This document shows positions 56,560-63,087 of a DNA stretch of 63,087 nt, one piece after another (within the stretch, counting starts at the first letter, position 1; each line of letters begins with the position of its first letter). This DNA comes from Acidimicrobiales bacterium. Lineage in GTDB: Bacteria; Actinomycetota; Acidimicrobiia; Acidimicrobiales; RAAP-2. The translations under genes were made by a program, and so were the position numbers. The stretch is from assembly GCA_017883075.1 (NCBI GenBank), contig JADGOI010000001.1, forward strand, positions 1-63,087, in the 5' to 3' direction. The notes under the pieces were generated by a model. The model searched no databases. It saw nothing but the letters and a program-made list of their open reading frames with translations, and was not told the origin of the DNA.

Positions 56560-59181
56560 ATGACTGCAGACGCGACAGGTTCCACGCCCGGGGACCGCGG
56601 ACCCACGGGAATCCCCGAGAAGCCGGGGCTGGAGGGACTCGAGGCCACCTGGTCCTCCCGTTGGCACGAGGCGGGGACCTACGCCTTCGACCGCTCGGCG
56701 CCGCGGGATCGGGTGTTCTCCATCGACACGCCCCCGCCCACCGTGTCAGGGTCGCTCCACATCGGTCACGTGTTCTCCTATACCCACACCGACGTGGTGG
56801 CCCGATTCCATCGGATGCGGGGCAGAGCCGTCTTCTATCCCATGGGTTGGGACGACAACGGTCTGCCCACGGAGCGGCGGGTGCAGAACTACTTCGGGGT
56901 CCGCTGCGACCCCGGCCTCCCCTACGACCCCGACTTTGCACCGCCCGCCGATCCACCCAAGGACCCGATCGCCATCTCGCGGCCCAACTTCGTCGAACTG
57001 TGCCGACAGCTGACCGTCGAGGACGAGAAAATGTTCGAGCAGTTATGGCGGACCCTGGGCCTGTCGGTCGACTGGGCCCATACCTATGCCACTGTGGGCG
57101 AAGCAGCCCAGCGGGTGTCCCAGCGGGCGTTCCTCCGGATGCTGGACCGCGGCGATGCCTATCAACGGACCGCACCCACGCTGTGGGATGTCGATCTCCG
57201 GACCGCGGTGTCACAGGCTGAGCTCGAGGACCGTGACCGGCCCGGGGCCTACTACCGTCTCGCCTTCCCCCGTTCCGATGACTCGGGGCCGGCCGTCGAG
57301 ATCGAGACCACCCGACCCGAGTTGCTGGCAGCCTGTGTAGCCCTGGTAGCCCACCCTGACGACCAGCGGTATCGGCCACTCTTCGGCACCTCGGTGGTGA
57401 CGCCTTTGTTCGGTGTGAAGGTGCCGGTGCTCGCCCACCAACTGGCCGACCCTGAGAAGGGGTCGGGAATCGCCATGGTCTGCACCTTTGGCGACCTCAC
57501 CGACGTGGTGTGGTGGCGCGAGCTGCACCTTCCCACCCGCACCATCCTGGGGAGGGACGGACGACTGCTGCCGGTGACGTGGGGCACCGAGGGATGGGAG
57601 TCGGCCGTCCCCGCCGAAGCTGGCTCCCACTACGACGAGTTGACCGGGAAGACTGTCAAGCAGGCGCATGCCCGCATCGTCGAACAGCTCACCGAGGTCG
57701 GGGCGCTGATCGGTGAGCCCACCCCGATCACCCACCCGGTGAAGTTCTACGAGCGGGGCGACCGCCCCTTGGAGATCGTGTCATCGCGCCAGTGGTTCGT
57801 GAGGACCGTGCCTCTGCGGGACAAGTTGATCGAGCGGGGTGAGGAGCTTCGGTGGCATCCGACCTACATGGCTCACCGGTACCGCACCTGGGTCGAAGGG
57901 CTCAATGACGACTGGAATATCTCGCGCCAGCGGTTCTTCGGTGTTCCGTTCCCGGTCTGGTATCCGGTGGACATCGACGGAGAAGCCGACTTCAGCTCGC
58001 CGATTGCAGCCTCCGAGCACCGACTCCCCATCGATCCCTCGACCGAGGTGCCACCCGGCTACAAGCCCGATCAGCGGGGGGTGCCCGGCGGTTTCGTCGG
58101 GGATCCCGATGTCATGGACACCTGGGCCACCTCGTCGCTCACTCCCCAGATCGCCGGCCGATGGGAGGACGATCCCGACCTGTTTGCCCGGGTGTTCCCG
58201 ATGGACCTCCGCCCCCAGGCCCACGACATCATCCGGACCTGGCTGTTCGCCACGGTCGTCCGGTCCGAGCTCGAGCACGGTTCGCTGCCGTGGAGCGATG
58301 CCGCCATCTCGGGGTGGGTCCTCGATCCCGACCGCAAGAAGATGTCCAAGTCCAAGGGCAACGTGGTGACCCCCCTGCCCCTCTTGGAGAAACACGGGGC
58401 GGATGCCGTGCGGTACTGGGCTGCCAATGGCCGACCAGGGACCGACACCGCCGTGGACGATGGTCAGATGAAAGTCGGCCGGCGGCTGGCCATCAAGGTG
58501 TTGAACGCCTCGCGATTCGCGTTGGGCAGGTTGGCCGACGACACCGGTTCGATCGAGGTTCCCGGCCCCGAGGCCATCACCGCCGCCCTTGACCGCGCCA
58601 TGTCGGCCCGTCTGGCCGGCGTGGTGGCGGAGGCCACCGCTGCCTTCGAGGGATACGACTACGCCCGGGCCATCGAGCGTACCGAGGCGTTCTTTTGGTC
58701 CTTCTGCGACGACTACCTCGAGTTGGTCAAAGTCCGCGCCTACCGCGATCCGGGAGAACCGGGGCCGGCTTCTGCCCGGGCCGCACTGGCATTGGCCCTG
58801 TCGACCCAGTTGCGGTTGTTCGCTCCCTTCCTTCCCTTCGTCACCGAAGAGGTGTGGTCGTGGTGGAGATCAGGGTCGGTACACCAGGCTCCATGGCCGA
58901 CACAAGGCGAGCTGGAGGGGTCGGCATCGGGAGCCGATGAACTGGTGCTCGAAACGGTCTCCGATGTGCTCGGTGCCGTCCGCCGGGCAAAGACCACCGC
59001 CAAGCGCTCCATGCGTGCCGGGGTGGCCCTCTTGACGGTCACCGATACGGCCGAACGGCTCGACGCCCTGGCCCTGGCCACCGACGACCTGCGCGATGCC
59101 GGCGGAGTCGCCGAGTTGATCACTGCGATCGGGACCGACGCCGCTGTGGACGTGGTGTTGGAAAGCGAGTCATCGGCCTGA
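56560..59181 (+). CDS. valS: Valine--tRNA ligase (short type with the MGWDDNGLPTE block)
   Basis: ...IDTPPPTVSGSLHIGHVFSY... (HIGH), ...FYPMGWDDNGLPTERRVQNYFGV... and ...DRKKMSKSKGNVV... (KMSKS). Start ATG at 56560 (MTADATG). The track ORF from 56200 is antisense to cysS. Confidence 0.88.
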   Translation: MTADATGSTPGDRGPTGIPEKPGLEGLEATWSSRWHEAGTYAFDRSAPRDRVFSIDTPPPTVSGSLHIGHVFSYTHTDVVARFHRMRGRAVFYPMGWDDNGLPTERRVQNYFGVRCDPGLPYDPDFAPPADPPKDPIAISRPNFVELCRQLTVEDEKMFEQLWRTLGLSVDWAHTYATVGEAAQRVSQRAFLRMLDRGDAYQRTAPTLWDVDLRTAVSQAELEDRDRPGAYYRLAFPRSDDSGPAVEIETTRPELLAACVALVAHPDDQRYRPLFGTSVVTPLFGVKVPVLAHQLADPEKGSGIAMVCTFGDLTDVVWWRELHLPTRTILGRDGRLLPVTWGTEGWESAVPAEAGSHYDELTGKTVKQAHARIVEQLTEVGALIGEPTPITHPVKFYERGDRPLEIVSSRQWFVRTVPLRDKLIERGEELRWHPTYMAHRYRTWVEGLNDDWNISRQRFFGVPFPVWYPVDIDGEADFSSPIAASEHRLPIDPSTEVPPGYKPDQRGVPGGFVGDPDVMDTWATSSLTPQIAGRWEDDPDLFARVFPMDLRPQAHDIIRTWLFATVVRSELEHGSLPWSDAAISGWVLDPDRKKMSKSKGNVVTPLPLLEKHGADAVRYWAANGRPGTDTAVDDGQMKVGRRLAIKVLNASRFALGRLADDTGSIEVPGPEAITAALDRAMSARLAGVVAEATAAFEGYDYARAIERTEAFFWSFCDDYLELVKVRAYRDPGEPGPASARAALALALSTQLRLFAPFLPFVTEEVWSWWRSGSVHQAPWPTQGELEGSASGADELVLETVSDVLGAVRRAKTTAKRSMRAGVALLTVTDTAERLDALALATDDLRDAGGVAELITAIGTDAAVDVVLESESSA

Positions 59182-59250
59182 CCCGGGTGGGTCCTGCCGA
59201 GCTGGCACCTGCCGCCCGATCGCCGATGCCGGTCAGAGCCGGCCCGGCCG

Positions 59251-59997
59251 TCAACTCGAAAGGTAGACGCTGTGGGCAGCGGTGGCCATGTCGCTGGGCG
59301 TGCCCTGCTGTTGGATCTTGCCGTGCACCATGATGGCCGCCCCGGTGGCCACCAACAGCGCAGTGGTCACGAACTGTTCGACCAACAGGACGGTTTTCCC
59401 CTGGGCAGCCAGGGTCTCCACCAACTCGTAGAGCTCGGAGACGATCAACGGGGCCAGGCCCATCGACAATTCGTCCAGGAGCAGTACCTTCGGGTCGGTT
59501 ACCAGCGCCCTCGAGATGGCCAGCATCTGTTGTTCACCCCCTGACATGGTGCCGGCCAGTTGTCCCCGTCGTCCCGCCAGCCGGGGGAAGGTGGCGTAGG
59601 TCTGCTCCTCGACCGCCTTCACACTCAATCCACCCCGGTAGGTCCAGATCCTCAGGTTCTCTCTCACCGTGAGGTTGGGGAAGATACCTCGGCCCTCGGG
59701 AATGGAGCACAACCCGGTCCGGGCCAACTTCTCGGTCGACAGCTTCCCCACCGGCTTGTCCCCGATCACCACCTCTCCGGCAGTGGGCCGCATCTGCCCA
59801 CTGATCACGCTGAGCAGCGTCGACTTTCCCGCCCCGTTGGGCCCGAGCAAAGCGAACACGCTTCCCGCCGGAACTGTGAGATCCACACCGTGGAGCACCT
59901 CGATCCGGCCGTAGGAGGCACGGACCCCCCGGATCGCAAGGGCGGGCGGAGGGGTCGCCGGGATCACCTCCGGAACGGGTACCGGAGCGACGGTCAT
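59251..59997 (-). CDS. Branched-chain amino acid ABC transporter ATP-binding protein (LivF-like)
   Basis: Walker A GPNGAGKST, signature MSGGEQQML and Walker B LLLDELSMGL. ATGA overlap with the upstream ATPase gene. Confidence 0.88.
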   Translation of the reverse strand: MTVAPVPVPEVIPATPPPALAIRGVRASYGRIEVLHGVDLTVPAGSVFALLGPNGAGKSTLLSVISGQMRPTAGEVVIGDKPVGKLSTEKLARTGLCSIPEGRGIFPNLTVRENLRIWTYRGGLSVKAVEEQTYATFPRLAGRRGQLAGTMSGGEQQMLAISRALVTDPKVLLLDELSMGLAPLIVSELYELVETLAAQGKTVLLVEQFVTTALLVATGAAIMVHGKIQQQGTPSDMATAAHSVYLSS

Positions 59998-60884
59998 CGG
60001 GTCCCGCCAGGGGCGGAGCCGGTCCCCAGATAGGCCGTCTGCACCGCGGGGTCGGAGCGAATCGCCTCAGGGCTCCCGGTGGCGATGACATGACCGAAAT
60101 CGAGCACATGGATCCGGTCACAGATCCTCATCACCAGTTCCATGTCGTGCTCCACCAGCAGCACGGCCATGCCCGTCGACGCCAACCTGACCAACAACGT
60201 GCCCAGTGCCTGCGACTCAGCCTCGTCGAGTCCGGATCCGGGTTCGTCGAGGAGCAACAGCTTCGGCCCGATGGCCAGGCCCCGAGCCAACTCGACGGTG
60301 CGGGCCAGGCCGGTGGGCATGGCATTGGCCTGCTCGTAGGCCATGCCCTCCAGGCCGACCTCGGCCAGCAACCGGTCGGGCGTGGTCATAGCCAGTGGAT
60401 CCGAGGCGGCAAGTGCGTCGACGGCAGTCGGATCGCCCGGGGCGGACTCCGACCCGTTGGTGCGCCAGAGGGCCTTGCGAAGATGGCTCCACTGCCACCA
60501 CTTCAACGTTGATTCCAGACCGACCTGGACGTTCTCGCCGGCTGTCAGGGTGCCGAACAGCTCGAGGAGCTGGAACGTGCGGGCCAGGCCGAGTCGCGCC
60601 CGACGGTAGGGCTTCATCATCGTGACATCGATGTCGAAAAAATGAACGGCACCCCTGTCCGGTTCTTGGAGGCCGCTGATGACGTTGAACAAGGTGGTCT
60701 TCCCGGCACCGTTGGGACCGATGAGGCCGGTCACAGTGCCCGGCGCCACCACCAGACTGACATTGGTGAGAGCGGACACCCCCCCGAAGCTGACACTGAC
60801 CTGGGACACCGTCAACGCCGGCAGGTCCCCGCCGTTCAGCTCACTCGGCAACCTGGGATCATCAACCGGCGACACGGGCCTCAC
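59994..60884 (-). CDS. Branched-chain amino acid ABC transporter ATP-binding protein (LivG-like)
   Basis: Walker A GPNGAGKTT and Walker B LLLDEPGSGLD. The start is uncertain: the GTG at 60884 overlaps the permease gene by 23 nt, and a TTG at 60851 is the alternative. Confidence 0.85.
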   Translation of the reverse strand: MRPVSPVDDPRLPSELNGGDLPALTVSQVSVSFGGVSALTNVSLVVAPGTVTGLIGPNGAGKTTLFNVISGLQEPDRGAVHFFDIDVTMMKPYRRARLGLARTFQLLELFGTLTAGENVQVGLESTLKWWQWSHLRKALWRTNGSESAPGDPTAVDALAASDPLAMTTPDRLLAEVGLEGMAYEQANAMPTGLARTVELARGLAIGPKLLLLDEPGSGLDEAESQALGTLLVRLASTGMAVLLVEHDMELVMRICDRIHVLDFGHVIATGSPEAIRSDPAVQTAYLGTGSAPGGTR

Positions 60885-62805
60885 CGCCTATCGACGTGGT
60901 CCCGATGCCGGCCAGCGTCCCGCTGCCGCCGGCGGCAGACCCTCGCCTGACCCATGGGAGAGGCAGCAGCGTGGACAAGCGATCGATCCCGAGAATGCCG
61001 CTGGCCGCCCGGCCTATCAGGATGATCCCGGCCCCGGCCACCAGCCCCAAACCCGTGGACCAGAACGTGGTCAACACCACATAGGTCACTGCGGCCAGAA
61101 ATGCCCCACTCACCGTCCGGATACTCCAGACGGTGACGAACAGGACAAAGATGATCCCCGAGAAGAAACCGAAATCAGCGGAGCCGACGGTGCCGTTGAC
61201 GGTGGCGTAGAGGCCGCCGGCGACACCGGCCATGGCGGCGGCAATCGCAAACACCGCCACCTTGGTGGCGGCCAGGTTGAGACCCACCGTTGCATAGGCC
61301 GCCGGCGAGTCGCTCATCGCCACCAGCCGGCGCCCGAACAGGCTCCGCCGGATGGTCAATACCAGCAGCGCCACCAGAACGAAGAACACGCTCAACAGGA
61401 GAAACTCCGACCGATCGCCGCCGAACGACAACCCCGGCAGGATGATCCTTCCCACGTTGATGCCGCCGCCGAACACCCGTGAGTCCTGAAAGAACCCCTG
61501 ATCGACCGCATCGGCGAAGGCAAAGGTGGCCAAGGCGAAGTACAGGGCCCGGAGCCGGAGGGTCGGCAGGGCCACCAATGCTCCCAGCACCGCGCACACC
61601 AACGCTGCCGCCAACAATCCGAGCAAGGACCCGCCGCCGGCCACCTTGCCCATCAGAAAGGCCCCGATCCCCATGAAGGAGAACTGACACAGAGATACCT
61701 GGCCCGAGTAGCCGGTGAGCAGCACCAGTGACAGGCCCACGATACCCAGCGCCATGACCTCCCCACCCAAATTGAGCAGATTGGTTCCCCTGACGACCAC
61801 ACTGCTCAGAACGACCGAGGCGATCACCGCCAACACCAGAAAGGCAGCCCCGCCCAGCACCGACTCCTTGCCACTGGGCATCCGGGGGACCCGGACGGTG
61901 CTGAGCCGTCCCACCGCCCGCAACCTCACCGACGGCAACATCACCAGTGCGATGAAGAGGAATACCATCGGCAGCGCCAGGGTGATGTCCGAGTTGAGGC
62001 TCTGCGACAAGTGGGGCAACGCGTAGTAGATGATGTAGTCCTCGAGCAAGCCGATGACGATGGCGGCAATGAACGTCACCGAGATGTTCTTCAGGCGCCC
62101 GACAATGGCAGCGGCGTAGCCGTTGACCACCAGAAGCGTCATGGCCACGATGCTGATCCCGGTTTGCTCCTGGGTGAGGGCCAGCAATACACCGGCAAGT
62201 GCCGCCATGACGAAACCGAGGATCCAACCGTACTGGCTCATGGCATCGGGAGAGGCGCCCGACATGGCCAGCAGAGCCGGGTCGTCGACCACCGCCCGCA
62301 GCCCGACCCCGGTGCGGGTCGAAGAGAAGAGGAACCGAAGGCCGATCACCAGGGCGACGGCGATGCCGATCGTGAGGACCTGCTGGTACTGGAGGTTGAT
62401 GCTCACCAGCCGGAATGAGCCCGAGACGATGGGATTGAGCTGATACTGGCTCTTCGGCGACCACACGATGGTGGCCACGCCGGTGAGGATGACCAACAGC
62501 CCGAGGGTCACCATGATCGGTCGTTCGGCGGTGGCTCCGTGGAGGCGACGCATCAGCACCCTCTCCACCAGCGCCCCGGCGATGGGAGCGCCGACCAACA
62601 GGATGATCACCAGCGCGAGCACCGCCGGCACATGATGATTGGCCACCAACTCCCAGTAGCTGAAAGCGGCGATCATCCCCACGGCCCCGTGGGCGAAGTT
62701 GAAGACCCCCGCCGTCGTATAGGTGACGACCAGGCCGGTGGCCGCGATGGCAAACCCGGCACCGAGGATGATGCCGAAAATGGTGTACTGCAGGAAGCTG
62801 GTCAC
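60862..62805 (-). CDS. Fused LivH-LivM branched-chain amino acid ABC transporter permease
   Basis: 647 aa. The N-terminal half is LivH-like (MTSFLQYTIFGIILG...TYTTAGVFNFAHG...) and the C-terminal half is LivM-like (...TGYSGQVSLCQFSFMGIGAF...). Confidence 0.85.
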   Translation of the reverse strand: MTSFLQYTIFGIILGAGFAIAATGLVVTYTTAGVFNFAHGAVGMIAAFSYWELVANHHVPAVLALVIILLVGAPIAGALVERVLMRRLHGATAERPIMVTLGLLVILTGVATIVWSPKSQYQLNPIVSGSFRLVSINLQYQQVLTIGIAVALVIGLRFLFSSTRTGVGLRAVVDDPALLAMSGASPDAMSQYGWILGFVMAALAGVLLALTQEQTGISIVAMTLLVVNGYAAAIVGRLKNISVTFIAAIVIGLLEDYIIYYALPHLSQSLNSDITLALPMVFLFIALVMLPSVRLRAVGRLSTVRVPRMPSGKESVLGGAAFLVLAVIASVVLSSVVVRGTNLLNLGGEVMALGIVGLSLVLLTGYSGQVSLCQFSFMGIGAFLMGKVAGGGSLLGLLAAALVCAVLGALVALPTLRLRALYFALATFAFADAVDQGFFQDSRVFGGGINVGRIILPGLSFGGDRSEFLLLSVFFVLVALLVLTIRRSLFGRRLVAMSDSPAAYATVGLNLAATKVAVFAIAAAMAGVAGGLYATVNGTVGSADFGFFSGIIFVLFVTVWSIRTVSGAFLAAVTYVVLTTFWSTGLGLVAGAGIILIGRAASGILGIDRLSTLLPLPWVRRGSAAGGSGTLAGIGTTSIGGEARVAG

Positions 62806-62867
62806 CGATCCGGCCTCATCACCTGACTTGTGGTCATGTCACACGAGTCCGTCGTCGTGCCGTTCGA

Positions 62868-63087
62868 TCACGAAGGCGGGGAGTAGTAGCTGTAGTCGCA
62901 GCGGTACCCGTGGGTGCTGCCGGTCGGTGCCGGATCATCGATCCGTTGGAATTGCCCGTTCTGGATCTGGGCCAGCAGGTAACAGGTTCCGTTGTTTCTT
63001 TGTGCCGGATCGGTCGGGGCGATGATGTTGTTGCCATTGAAGGTGCTCACCTTGGACAGCGCCTGCAGCAGGGACCCCCGGCTCGGG
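62868..63087 (-). CDS. Probable ABC transporter substrate-binding protein, 3' end only (truncated by the window edge)
   Basis: The frame is open to the window edge (...PSRGSLLQALSKVSTFNGNNIIAPTDPAQRNNGTCYLLAQIQNGQFQRIDDP...). It sits directly upstream of the liv-type permease and ATPase genes. The assignment rests on position only. Confidence 0.5.
   Translation of the reverse strand, partial: PSRGSLLQALSKVSTFNGNNIIAPTDPAQRNNGTCYLLAQIQNGQFQRIDDPAPTGSTHGYRCDYSYYSPPS

Overview
This 63,087-bp window is high in G+C (roughly two thirds by eye), densely coding on both strands, and looks like core chromosome. I saw no rRNA, tRNA, CRISPR array, transposase/IS element or prophage. Several gene families are characteristic of Actinobacteria/Actinomycetota: a WhiB1-like gene next to a PdtaS-type histidine kinase, the mycothiol-dependent MscR dehydrogenase with its MBL-fold partner, DUF3107 plus two ArsA-like ATPases, and the MSMEG_4193 / DUF3090 / SCO1664 trio.

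I support about 60 CDSs. They include acnA, thiC, two Bcp peroxiredoxins, etfBA, gmd, cysS, valS, a liv-type ABC importer, a DrrAB-like exporter, a Mrp / SufR-like / NifS-like Fe-S locus and two GT4 glycosyltransferases. Many long ORFs in the supplied track are antisense or out-of-frame artefacts of the high G+C, or have over-extended N-termini. I re-derived starts from domain boundaries and from 4-nt ATGA/GTGA stop-start overlaps, which are very frequent here.

Main observations:
1. A complete nine-gene System I cytochrome c maturation operon (ccdA-ccmABCDEFG-H/I, 38248-45953). This is atypical for a genome with actinobacterial markers. It includes a 50-codon ccmD that is absent from the ORF track.
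2. The tightly coupled, functionally uncharacterised phosphomutase-like / DUF3090 / PI3-4-kinase-like trio, preceded by an FrhB-like Fe-S protein.
3. A protein with nine tandem nonapeptide repeats (consensus VDVxxLVER) translationally coupled to an RDD membrane protein.
4. Three unusually long gaps of about 340-370 bp containing repeats and hairpins. In one of them the mrp reading frame stays open with coding-like codon bias after two in-frame TGA codons.
5. Divergent cysS and valS start codons only 21 bp apart.
6. Several probable gene defects or oddities: a split membrane-protein gene, an RskA C-terminal remnant, a GT4 gene with no canonical start codon, and an Fpg with a CX2D-X16-CX2H finger.

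All functional calls come from motif and family recognition by eye. No database search was run.
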